NCBI GenBank assembly: GCA_040387855.1
Contig: JAZKCY010000001.1
Coordinates: 910,922 to 974,921 of the forward strand
Direction: 5' to 3'
From: Patescibacteria group bacterium
GTDB taxonomy: Bacteria; Patescibacteriota; Minisyncoccia; Phycocordibacterales; JAKAEA01
DNA length: 64,000 nucleotides
This document shows positions 17,991 through 26,876 of the stretch, one piece after another. Position 1 is the stretch's first letter; every line of letters begins with the position of its first letter. The translations under genes were made by a program, and so were the position numbers. Below the pieces are notes generated by a model. The model was not told the origin of the DNA, searched no databases, and saw only the letters and a list, made by a program, of their open reading frames with translations.

Positions 17991-18464
17991 GTGCCTACGG
18001 AACCTAATACGATTCATGCGGTTTTCGCAGACCAAATTTGCAGCGATTGCTATGTCCCTAGGCCTCACTGGAGGCATTCGGGCGCGTTGGTTCCTGAGGG
18101 AAGCCCGCTTGGGCACTTCTGCGACGACTGCTGGGAAGTCCGCAAGAAGGGAGCAAAACTCCCCCTCGGGACAACGGTCTACACCGACCGTGCCCAGGGC
18201 AAGTACGTCCTACTTCGCTTCCCCGACAAGCTCCCGCCGCCGTCAGGAATTGAGGTTCCCGACATTGCCGCCCTTGGCGAACGTGTCAGAAGGCATCTCG
18301 GCGTGCGTGTCAACAACGCAAGCGTCATGAGAGCAGTGCAGTTCTTTTGGGATCCCAAGCTTGATCAAGAGCTCGTCAACAGGTTCTTAAACGAGCTTCA
18401 TGGCGAGATCCGAATACTCCTCTTCGCCGCGCGCAACGTTCCATACGTCGCTCCGGAAAGCTGA
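17991..18464 (+). CDS. GC-rich hypothetical protein with CxxC...CxxC Zn-ribbon-like motifs (157 aa, GTG start).
   Basis: A perfect AAGGAGG ribosome-binding site lies 7 nt upstream of the GTG at 17991. GC is about 58%. The two Cys pairs are CSDC...CDDC. Confidence 0.5.
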   Translation: MPTEPNTIHAVFADQICSDCYVPRPHWRHSGALVPEGSPLGHFCDDCWEVRKKGAKLPLGTTVYTDRAQGKYVLLRFPDKLPPPSGIEVPDIAALGERVRRHLGVRVNNASVMRAVQFFWDPKLDQELVNRFLNELHGEIRILLFAARNVPYVAPES

Positions 18465-18492
18465 GAAACCTGCCATCAACCTGTGTACCCCG

Positions 18493-18514
18493 CCGACTTC
18501 ATGTCGGTTTTTTT
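18493..18514 (+). terminator. Intrinsic terminator.
   Basis: CCGACTTCATGTCGG followed by TTTTTTT. Confidence 0.45.
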
Positions 18515-18555
18515 ATTGATAGTTTATGAATTTTAATAATAAAAAACAGCATCGG

Positions 18556-18879
18556 TTAGGACTGCTGCCAACGAACTTCTCCTCTTTTGTGCACGAAATC
18601 GTACTCGCCTTCGACAACCCCAATATACTTATACTCGGGGCTATCAACCCAGGCTACAAAGCTCATCCTCCCAAAGTCATCGGAGCTGGGCTGCTTTGTC
18701 CTCCAAACCAAAAAAACGGCGTAAAGCGAGGGACTCCAGGTATCAGACTCAGCCGATACTTTCAGCCCCAATCTCACTCGATGTCGTGCTGGCAACTGAA
18801 TTCTTGCCGCTTGAGCTAGGCACAGAACGATATCTTCGGGTGCCAGCTCATTCATAATACAGAACTTCTGCTGTCCCAT
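18556..18879 (-). CDS. GC-rich hypothetical protein (107 aa).
   Basis: An AAAGGAG ribosome-binding site lies 7 nt upstream of the ATG (MGQQKF...). It is convergent with the 17991 gene. GC is about 50%. Confidence 0.45.
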   Translation of the reverse strand: MGQQKFCIMNELAPEDIVLCLAQAARIQLPARHRVRLGLKVSAESDTWSPSLYAVFLVWRTKQPSSDDFGRMSFVAWVDSPEYKYIGVVEGEYDFVHKRGEVRWQQS

Positions 18880-18944
18880 GATTGAGCTCCTTTTAGCAAT
18901 GAATTTCCCCACGATGATAGTAAATTATTTACTAAGAAATGCAA

Positions 18945-18990
18945 GTAACACAAAACCCGCATACTAATATGCGGGCTTTATGCTTTTTTT
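18945..18990 (-). terminator. Intrinsic terminator downstream of the 19001 hydrolase gene.
   Basis: An 8-bp stem CCCGCATA-ctaa-TATGCGGG with flanking A/T runs. Confidence 0.5.
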
Positions 18991-19000
18991 CTGGTAACTA

Positions 19001-20785
19001 TTATTTCACAAATACATTTACTGCTTTCTGAGAAAATGTAGTATTGCCGGCATTATCTTTTGATACGAAGTTGAGTGTGTATGGACCCTGGCCTTTCCAA
19101 TTCCATCCAATAAAATCTACCAATGCTTCCTTGTGAGGATAATCTTGATTACTATTAAACATTTCAACAAGTCCCCCTCCGTCTACTTGCCAATACATTT
19201 TATAATCTGCAATTGCTTTGTTTGTAAGCATAGCCTTAAGTGGTACAACTCCATTCACAGAGCTACCATCTGTTGGCCACCAGATATTTGTTGAGTATGT
19301 GGTTGGTGTTGGAGTTGGAGTTGTTGGCGGGGTTGTTGTTGCTGGAGGAGTTGTTTGACCTTGGCCAACAGTGATTGTTGAAACATTTCCATTCCAATAA
19401 TATGCAGTCGTCCAATTATTATTGAATACTCCTACTTTTAATTTATAAGTTCCAGCTGTTGTTGGAGTCCATGATGTTGTATACGAACCTGGTTGCCCAT
19501 TTGAGACTGTTTGGTTCTCATAAAACTTCTGAAATATTTTCTGATCCGCAGAGTTATATACTTCAAGGTCTACGATTGCTCCAGATACACTTCCAGAGTT
19601 TGTAAGATCCACTTTGAGACTCACCGGATTATTTACGGTATTCCCCGTTACAGTTCCTGTTGTATTCCAAGCACCTGGTTGTGGCTGGGTTGGGTTTGTA
19701 GGATTTGTGGGTGTTGTTCCTGTTGTGCCATACCACTTTTTAAGAGTGTCAAATGCAGGCTTATTTTGAGGCGTATAATCACGATTTCCTTGTCCTCCAG
19801 CTGCAGGATCAGCTATCCAATCCCACAAATACATACCTTCTATATGTGATTTATCATTCCAAAAGCTAAACAATGCTTCATAATTATTTACTTGCTCTTG
19901 AGCATTGTATGCACCACCCATTCCACTATTCCATGGCTGACTATGAGAATTATCTACACTCATGTATCCAATCTCAGTAAAAATCACCTTCTTTCCATAT
20001 TGATCTGAAATTGGTTTTATTTTCGAGGTATTCCAATTGTTCCATGATGACTTAAGGGCTTCTTGAGATGGATTCCACTGTCCTTCTGCTAGTGGGTAAT
20101 ATCCAGAAATACCTATGTAATCTAATTTATTCCAAAATCCAATATGTGGAACTTCTTCTGCAAAATCTCCCGATCCCCAATTTGCACTATAGGTCAAAAA
20201 TCCTGGAAAACGTGTTCTTAGACTATCAATCATAGTTGACCAGCGCTGAGTATTGTCACTGTTTGACGTATACGTAGCGACGGTAATTAATTCTGATCCC
20301 ACCACAATACCAGCTGCTCCTGTTTGCCTTCCGATATCACCTAAATGATTTAGTTTGGCACTGTAATTTGTATAAAAAGCACTTCTGTTACTAGGATTTA
20401 TACTCGCTCGCCAAACTCCATCATGTGATTCAAGATGGGGTTTAAGAACAACTTTAAAACCGAGTGATTTTGCATAGGTAATACCATCAATCAATGCCGC
20501 GTCTGTAGGAGTATTCCATCCATTCTGAATATCAGATGCTGTTGTATTTGCTACGTAATATGGAATAACTAACGATACAGTGTTTGCACCTGTAGACCGC
20601 AAATTTCGCAACGAAGCACGATACGCCTCGGTTGCATATTCACCACTGGATGTTGGATCTATACTTGCTCCTTTTTGCCAGTCTCCTGTTGCCGCTGATG
20701 CAATGTGTGGACTTGTTAATGCAAACGATCCGACAAAAAGTGCGACTATCACAAACAGACTACAGATTTTTGATGTTGTTTTCAT
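19001..20785 (-). CDS. Secreted TIM-barrel glycoside hydrolase of clan GH-A (GH5/26/113-like) with C-terminal beta-sandwich domains.
   Basis: It has a signal peptide. The candidate acid/base Glu is in VGSELITV and the nucleophile Glu in VIFTEIGY, which is the GH-A arrangement. A T/P-rich linker, an Ig-like domain and a C-terminal module of about 90 aa (W-Q-V-D-G-G...W-N-W-K-G-Q-G-P-Y) follow. Confidence 0.7.
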   Translation of the reverse strand: MKTTSKICSLFVIVALFVGSFALTSPHIASAATGDWQKGASIDPTSSGEYATEAYRASLRNLRSTGANTVSLVIPYYVANTTASDIQNGWNTPTDAALIDGITYAKSLGFKVVLKPHLESHDGVWRASINPSNRSAFYTNYSAKLNHLGDIGRQTGAAGIVVGSELITVATYTSNSDNTQRWSTMIDSLRTRFPGFLTYSANWGSGDFAEEVPHIGFWNKLDYIGISGYYPLAEGQWNPSQEALKSSWNNWNTSKIKPISDQYGKKVIFTEIGYMSVDNSHSQPWNSGMGGAYNAQEQVNNYEALFSFWNDKSHIEGMYLWDWIADPAAGGQGNRDYTPQNKPAFDTLKKWYGTTGTTPTNPTNPTQPQPGAWNTTGTVTGNTVNNPVSLKVDLTNSGSVSGAIVDLEVYNSADQKIFQKFYENQTVSNGQPGSYTTSWTPTTAGTYKLKVGVFNNNWTTAYYWNGNVSTITVGQGQTTPPATTTPPTTPTPTPTTYSTNIWWPTDGSSVNGVVPLKAMLTNKAIADYKMYWQVDGGGLVEMFNSNQDYPHKEALVDFIGWNWKGQGPYTLNFVSKDNAGNTTFSQKAVNVFVK

Positions 20786-20839
20786 GCGGTTTTAATAAAG
20801 TATATAAATTATTTGACGCCGCATTGATTTAACTCTTAC

Positions 20840-20875
20840 ACAACACAACAGCACATTTCTGTGCTGTTGTGTTGT
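20840..20875. other. Perfect 16-bp inverted repeat or hairpin in an intergenic region.
   Basis: ACAACACAACAGCACA-tttc-TGTGCTGTTGTGTTGT. It lies 55-90 nt upstream of the 19001 gene start and downstream of the 20911 gene. Confidence 0.45.
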
Positions 20876-20910
20876 TCTGTATTTTACTAATGTCTGAACG
20901 CCTGTATGAA

Positions 20911-23403
20911 TTAAGGATTTACGTAGATCGTAACATCTTTCTGTCCAATAACTTTCTGTTCAAGATCCTTGGCAATGAATGTGAATACATACGGACCATT
21001 ATCTTTCCAAGTCCATCCTGTAAAATCTACCCATGATTCTTTTGATGTACCGTCTTCACTTGAAACCATATCTACAAGTCCTCCCCCATCTACCTGCCAT
21101 GTGAGTGAATAATCTGCAGCATTTTTTCCGGTTACTCGTGCTTTAAGAAGATGTAAACCTTTCATTACCTGTCCTTCAGTTGGTTCACTTATTTCGAGAA
21201 TAGGTGTAACTGGTGGAGTAACTGGTGGTGTGGTTTGTGACACTACGGTGACTTCAATTGTATATGCAGCACCTGCTGTTCCAGTTCCTGCAGTTCCACT
21301 ATAAGGAACAACACGTACTGTGTGTTTCCCTAATGGAGCATTCCATTTATTGTAATTTGTACCTCCTAGATCGCCTCCAATTCCATATGGTGCATTTGTC
21401 TCAGTTGCGACTTTAACTCCATTGAGGAAGAAAACAAGGCTTCCAGGCTTAGATTTTAGATTGGGAACGATTGTTATATTTGGAGTTTCTGCAAGATTGA
21501 TAGTATCAGTTGCATTCAATACTCGAATTGGCTGATCAGTATCTGAATTGTAGAGTGAAAGTGATTCTATAACTGTGCCAGTTGTAGGTGGAGGAGGTGG
21601 TGGTGTTGTGCTCTTTGCAACAAAGGTTACATCAATAGAAAGAGATGTTCCTATACTTCCCGCTGCACCACTTTGTGAGTAAGGAGTAGCCTTGATTGTA
21701 TGCTTACCAAGTGGAGCACTCCATGGAGTATAATTTCCTCCTGCGTCAGTTCCTAATGCATATGGTGCAGCACTTTCTGTTCGAATAGTTTTACCATCAA
21801 CAAAGAATTTAACACTCTTTGTACCGGTGCCTGCAATTGCTTGGATATTCATTTCAGGATAATCAGCAAGAACCACAGTATCTCCTGTTTTTAATTCTCG
21901 TACCGGTTTGTCAGTCTTAGCATCAATCAACATGAATGCAGAAACCTTATTACCAGTAGGTGTAGTTGGTGGTGTAACAGGTGGAGTCACTGGAGGTGTT
22001 GGAGGAGTACCAGTTCCTTGTGGCACTACAAACGATACGACACTATTTCCCCAGTATAAATTCTTTGACCAATCATTTGAGAATACTCCCACTTTCACAA
22101 CATGCTTTCCTGTTGTTGTTGGGGTCCAATTCACAGTATATTGACCAGGCATACTATTTGAAATAGTTTGATGATCATATACTTGCTGAAAGACTAGCTG
22201 ATTTGATGCATTATAGATTTCAATATCAACAACAACATCTGATGCTGATTGTGAATTTGTAACTTTTACTGAAAGATTTGAGGCAGTATTCACTGGATTG
22301 ATAAGTCCAGATGCTGATGCTCCCCACACTCCTACAGGATTTGGATTACCGGTACCTTTGAACCACTCTGTCATTGTTTGCTGAGCCTTTTTGTTTTGAG
22401 GAGTGAAATGGTTTTCTGATGGCCCTCCAGTATTTGGATCAATGTTCCAGTTCCAAAGATGAACACCTTGCATATATGGCTTGCTATCCCAATATTTGAA
22501 CAATGCTTCATAGAGATTTGCTTGTTCTTGTTCATTTACATTTCCAGCACGACTTCCGTTCCATGGATCTGAATGTGCACCATCAACACTTCTGTATCCT
22601 ATTTCAGTAAAGACGATTGGTTTTTTATAAGTATCGTAAAGAGGCTTAATTTTAGTTGTATCCCATGTTTCCCATGACTTCATAAAACTATCTACTGTTC
22701 CTCCTGACAATGGGTAATATGCTGAAATTCCCAAGTAATCAAGTTTGTCCCAGAAAGCGATATGTGGTGCTTCTTCAGCAAAATCTCCTGCTCCCCAGTT
22801 TGCACTATAGGTAAGTAAACCAGAGTATCGTGCTCGAACATCAGCAATCATTTTCACCCATCGCTGAGTGTTGTCTGGATTTTCAGTGTAGGCAGCTACA
22901 TTAATGAGTTCTGTTCCAATACAAATCTCTTCAGCTTTTGTTTCCTGAGCAATTACAGCAAGTTTGTTCAACATAGCTCCATAACTTGCATACCAGGTAT
23001 TTCGATTTGTTGGTTTTATGAGAGCTCTCCATGTTCCTCCACGTGCTTCTATGTGTGGCTTAAGCATCACCATCATGCCCTGACTATGAACATAATTGAT
23101 AGCATCTTTGAGTGAGGCATCGGTAGGTGTATTCCATCCACTAAGAATCTCAGAACCAGAATTACCTTCTTGGTAATAAGTAACTACAAGAGACACGTAG
23201 TTTGCACCTGTAGATTTCAAATTTCGTACAGACTGCTTAAACTGTTCTCCTGAGAAGTCAGTTGTTGATAACGAATAAATACTGGCGCTTTTTTGCCAGT
23301 TTGAAATATCTGCCTGTGTATTATTTGCTAAAAAAGGCATATAAGAGGCCAAAAGACCTACAATTATAGCCGGAACCATCATTAAGACCATTATCTTTTT
23401 CAT
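20911..23403 (-). CDS. Secreted GH-A clan glycoside hydrolase, a paralog of the 19001 gene, with extra tandem beta-sandwich repeats.
   Basis: The N-terminal catalytic domain is colinear with the 19001 protein (IGTELINV, VFTEIGY). Two repeats of about 110 aa carry APY-x-LG-x-D-x-GG...W-x-APLGKHT. Pro/Thr linkers and the same C-terminal W-Q-V-D-G-G module follow. Confidence 0.7.
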   Translation of the reverse strand: MKKIMVLMMVPAIIVGLLASYMPFLANNTQADISNWQKSASIYSLSTTDFSGEQFKQSVRNLKSTGANYVSLVVTYYQEGNSGSEILSGWNTPTDASLKDAINYVHSQGMMVMLKPHIEARGGTWRALIKPTNRNTWYASYGAMLNKLAVIAQETKAEEICIGTELINVAAYTENPDNTQRWVKMIADVRARYSGLLTYSANWGAGDFAEEAPHIAFWDKLDYLGISAYYPLSGGTVDSFMKSWETWDTTKIKPLYDTYKKPIVFTEIGYRSVDGAHSDPWNGSRAGNVNEQEQANLYEALFKYWDSKPYMQGVHLWNWNIDPNTGGPSENHFTPQNKKAQQTMTEWFKGTGNPNPVGVWGASASGLINPVNTASNLSVKVTNSQSASDVVVDIEIYNASNQLVFQQVYDHQTISNSMPGQYTVNWTPTTTGKHVVKVGVFSNDWSKNLYWGNSVVSFVVPQGTGTPPTPPVTPPVTPPTTPTGNKVSAFMLIDAKTDKPVRELKTGDTVVLADYPEMNIQAIAGTGTKSVKFFVDGKTIRTESAAPYALGTDAGGNYTPWSAPLGKHTIKATPYSQSGAAGSIGTSLSIDVTFVAKSTTPPPPPPTTGTVIESLSLYNSDTDQPIRVLNATDTINLAETPNITIVPNLKSKPGSLVFFLNGVKVATETNAPYGIGGDLGGTNYNKWNAPLGKHTVRVVPYSGTAGTGTAGAAYTIEVTVVSQTTPPVTPPVTPILEISEPTEGQVMKGLHLLKARVTGKNAADYSLTWQVDGGGLVDMVSSEDGTSKESWVDFTGWTWKDNGPYVFTFIAKDLEQKVIGQKDVTIYVNP

Positions 23404-23487
23404 ATAGAGTAATAGACGCTATATGGCCGAGCTTCTTACAGCTTTTTAAAGATGAGGTTTTGATTAAGTAACCCTAAAAATAAGCAA

Positions 23488-23955
23488 TTATAGGCAGGTT
23501 ACATCATCCACAGCACTCAAACTTGAACCTGCAGTTACCTCAGCTTTTCCTAAATAATCCACACAATACAATCCACCGGGAGTAGACTTTAATGGGATTT
23601 CAATTGCCCACCCAGTAGAGGTGTCATTACATGTTGAGCTATCATAATTACCAATTGCATCTACAGATACTGATACATCAGAACTTTCAGCAGCAGCTGC
23701 ATTTACCATAGGATATATTCCCCCTACAGTTCCTTCTGTACAAATGGTGTCATAACTAAATTCGAAACCCGCATTATCTGTTGCAAATTGTTCTGCCTGA
23801 GTACGTGCACTTGCTAGATTAGTTTTTACCGCTGTATCACTTGCCTTACTTCGAGCAACATTAAGAGAAACTAAGATGACAGCAGATAAAAGACTTATTA
23901 TTGCAATAACTACTAAAAGTTCTATAAGAGTAAAACCGTTTTTATTTTTGCTCAT
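23488..23955 (-). CDS. Type IV pilin or pseudopilin with a prepilin-type N-terminal cleavage/methylation domain.
   Basis: MSKNKNG|FTLIELLVVIAIISLLSAV shows the G/F cleavage site and Glu at position +5. Confidence 0.8.
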   Translation of the reverse strand: MSKNKNGFTLIELLVVIAIISLLSAVILVSLNVARSKASDTAVKTNLASARTQAEQFATDNAGFEFSYDTICTEGTVGGIYPMVNAAAAESSDVSVSVDAIGNYDSSTCNDTSTGWAIEIPLKSTPGGLYCVDYLGKAEVTAGSSLSAVDDVTCL

Positions 23956-24001
23956 GTTTACTACATTATAAGACAATAAATTTTATTAACTAGGGATAAC
24001 A

Positions 24002-24031
24002 AAACCACTCATACTTGTATGAGTGGTTTTG
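24002..24031 (-). terminator. Intrinsic terminator downstream of the GH6 gene.
   Basis: AAAACCACTCATAC-ttg-TATGAGTGGTTTT, an 11-bp stem with A/T runs. Confidence 0.55.
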
Positions 24032-24062
24032 TGTTTATTAGTCGTTGCTACGAAATGTTGGT

Positions 24063-25961
24063 TTAGTATGCTGAACGCTTTGCAATATCGAGAGCATATT
24101 CTGGCCACCATTCCCCTGCATTTGGACCTCCGTTACAGTTTCCGTCAGATCCTCCAGGGCCCTTTACCCACAAGAATGCATCCACTAATGGATATCCGGT
24201 ATTTGTAGTCGGCTTTGCTCCGAGAGCTCGTCCCCATGGGTTACACCATTCATTGTTTGGTGCAGAACCAAGTCCGTTTCGGCCGGTATCAATTACGAAG
24301 TGCTTGCCTCCAACCTTATCTGAAACCTGAGTTCCGTACGCAATATTTTTCTGAGTGTCTACGAAGTTTGAAGTATTCAATGCGAATCCATCAGCTTGAG
24401 CAATACCTGCTTGCTTCAATCGATTTGCCATATCATCTGGTGTAATCCATCCAGGGTGACCGGCATCAATGTAGACTGAAATATTACCCTTTGATTTGAA
24501 TGTACTTACGGCATCTTTGATTAGTGAGAATCGTTCTGCTGTTCGTGATCCGAGACAATCAGTAAGTGTTGTACCATCTGGTTCAATTATCATTGCTGCT
24601 TTGTTTCCTCCAATTGCATCAGCAATTTTTCGAATCCAATTTCGATATTCATCTGCACTTCCCACTCCTCCGGCTGAGTACTGACCGCAGTCTCGTCCTG
24701 GAATATTGTAAGCTACAAATACAGGCATTGCTCCTTGAGCTTGTGCATCCTTAATTGCATTTTGCACATCTCGAGTAATATCCCAGTTCCATCCTCCAAG
24801 CCATGTCACACTTGCACCGTTCGCAATTTTCTTAAGCTGTTCTGCATCTGCAGGTCGTGAATTCTGCCATTGCTTAATAACTTGTGAAGCTTCATTATTT
24901 GGATTTACATACAACTTCTGACCACTAATAGGATTACCCGCTATAGCCTGCACAGGAGCCGTTACAGCTTGAGTAATAGTATTTACAACAGTAGCTGTTT
25001 GATTTTTTTTCTGAGTATCTGTTGGAGATACTGTTGGTGATGTAGTAACAAGTGCTGGCTTCGCCACAGTTACAGAACCTACAGACATACTTGTATCCTT
25101 AGTTGTAATTAAGTTTCCAGAATTATCTCTAACAACAAAAGTAATTGCGTATGGCCCAGAACCTTTCCAATTCCATGTAGATACATCTACAGAAGCTTCT
25201 TTGTGGTCACCCACGTTGTTCATTACTGTTTCTCCACCATTATCAACCTTCCAAGACATTTTGTAACTATCTGGAGTTGAATTATCAAGCTTTGCACTGA
25301 AGACAGTAACACCACCTACGGTTGAACCTGAAGTTGGAGCAATAACACTCACGGTTGAATATATTGCTGGAGGCGTGGTTGTTTGTGGTTGCTGAGTAGG
25401 AGCAGGTGCCTGAGCAGATGCTACAGGAACTCCTGCTGCTTGTAGCAATGCACTACCTACTGATGCAGATAATGTTGATGACGCTGCTTCTATTTGTACT
25501 GGGCCTTGTGGTGCATCAGGAGTACTGATTTCAATACTTGTTTCACCAAGTGAATTATTATTTTTATCTAATGCTTTAAAGGTAATCTTGTATGGACCAG
25601 ATCCTCGCCATGTCCATGACTTAAGATCTACCACAGCCTCCTTATGAGGATGATCTGTGTATGAATCATACATAGAATTCATCTGACCGTTATCTACTGA
25701 CCAAGACATAGTGTAATCAGAAACATTTTTGTCCTGTACCATTGCCTTGAATGTTTGTGTATCACCTATCTTTGCCCCCTGAGTTGGCCACCAAAGATTA
25801 ATGTTACCATCTGCGTTTACTCCCGTAGTAACAGTATGAGGGAGTATGTCAGATTTGTTTAACCACTCAAACGCATACACACCACCCAACCAAAGAACTG
25901 TTATTAAGAGAAGTTTTGAAGATAAAGAAAGTGCTTTTTTTAGAGACCTATTGTATATCAT
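24063..25961 (-). CDS. Glycoside hydrolase family 6 (cellulase/cellobiohydrolase-like) with two N-terminal W-x-VDNG modules.
   Basis: Both GH6 signatures are present: VFVAYNIPGRDCGQYSAGG and MIIEPDGTTL. A signal anchor and two copies of the shared 90-aa module lie at the N-terminus. Confidence 0.85.
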   Translation of the reverse strand: MIYNRSLKKALSLSSKLLLITVLWLGGVYAFEWLNKSDILPHTVTTGVNADGNINLWWPTQGAKIGDTQTFKAMVQDKNVSDYTMSWSVDNGQMNSMYDSYTDHPHKEAVVDLKSWTWRGSGPYKITFKALDKNNNSLGETSIEISTPDAPQGPVQIEAASSTLSASVGSALLQAAGVPVASAQAPAPTQQPQTTTPPAIYSTVSVIAPTSGSTVGGVTVFSAKLDNSTPDSYKMSWKVDNGGETVMNNVGDHKEASVDVSTWNWKGSGPYAITFVVRDNSGNLITTKDTSMSVGSVTVAKPALVTTSPTVSPTDTQKKNQTATVVNTITQAVTAPVQAIAGNPISGQKLYVNPNNEASQVIKQWQNSRPADAEQLKKIANGASVTWLGGWNWDITRDVQNAIKDAQAQGAMPVFVAYNIPGRDCGQYSAGGVGSADEYRNWIRKIADAIGGNKAAMIIEPDGTTLTDCLGSRTAERFSLIKDAVSTFKSKGNISVYIDAGHPGWITPDDMANRLKQAGIAQADGFALNTSNFVDTQKNIAYGTQVSDKVGGKHFVIDTGRNGLGSAPNNEWCNPWGRALGAKPTTNTGYPLVDAFLWVKGPGGSDGNCNGGPNAGEWWPEYALDIAKRSAY

Positions 25962-26124
25962 TACGTAGCAAACTAACTAATAAACCAACATAGTTGATCC
26001 TAATAGAGTGACCTTTTTTGACAAGGGGTGTTGTTGGGTACGCTTATATAGAGCCATATCGAAAAAGCCAGACAATACAATTGTCCAGCTGAGCAAATCC
26101 TTGAGGCTGCTTTTTAATGGGATC

Positions 26125-26754
26125 TTAATCTTGCACTTTCTGTACTGCTGACTTCTTTGGTTTTAGGAGAAATTCGTACACTACAGGTAAAACAGACACT
26201 AAAATTATGCCTATAATGATGTAGGTAAGGTAATCTTCAATGCCGGGAATGCGTGTTCCAAGCTGATATGAGGCATAGAGTATTCCACCAGCCCAGATAA
26301 CACCACCAATAATATTGTAACTAATAAACGTTTTGTAATTCATCTTTCCTACCCCAGCCATAATAGGAGCAAACGTTCGGACAATAGGTATAAATCGAGC
26401 AACTATAATGGTTCTTTTTCCATATTTTTCAAAATATTCTTGAGTTTTTTCCACGTATTCTTTTTTGAAGAAAAATGAATCTTTTTTACTAAACAATCGA
26501 GGTCCAAAGCGGTATCCAATGTAGTATCCAAAGCTATCACCTAATATTGCAGCAGAAACACAAAGGATAATTAGTACATTAATATTGAATACTCCCTTAG
26601 AAGCCAAAAGGCCTAATGTAAACAAAAGTGAGTCTCCAGGAAGAAAAAAGCCAAAAAGGAAGCCTGATTCGGCAAAAATAGTAAGGAATATGCCAATATA
26701 TCCTAGGCTAATAATAAAGTCTGAAAGTCCATGTAATTGTTCAATAATATTCAT
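26125..26754 (-). CDS. DedA-family membrane protein.
   Basis: GYIGIFLTIFAESGFLFGFFLPGDSLL is the DedA (SNARE-associated) motif. Confidence 0.85.
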   Translation of the reverse strand: MNIIEQLHGLSDFIISLGYIGIFLTIFAESGFLFGFFLPGDSLLFTLGLLASKGVFNINVLIILCVSAAILGDSFGYYIGYRFGPRLFSKKDSFFFKKEYVEKTQEYFEKYGKRTIIVARFIPIVRTFAPIMAGVGKMNYKTFISYNIIGGVIWAGGILYASYQLGTRIPGIEDYLTYIIIGIILVSVLPVVYEFLLKPKKSAVQKVQD

Positions 26755-26876
26755 GTGTTTAGTATATAACGGATGAGGTAGCTCTAACTTACCATATTAT
26801 TTGTTTTTTTCTAATACCTTGCTAGTATTGCCTCATAATAATAATTAATGCTAATAGTTTCACTTTAATTCAGAAT

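Noticed and set aside
18016-18330. Alternative 104-aa + frame inside the GC-rich 17991 gene.
   Set aside because: It is a GC-driven open frame with no ribosome-binding site and an Arg/Ser-rich nonsense composition. The frame with AAGGAGG-GTG is preferred.
19250-19420. Short-period DNA repeats (ggtgttgg / ggagttgt units) and similar ones at 21180-21250, 21590-21610 and 21960-22010.
   Set aside because: These encode the Pro/Thr-rich linkers (TTPPTTPTP, PPVTPPVTP) of the secreted hydrolases. They are coding low-complexity DNA, not a CRISPR or mobile repeat.
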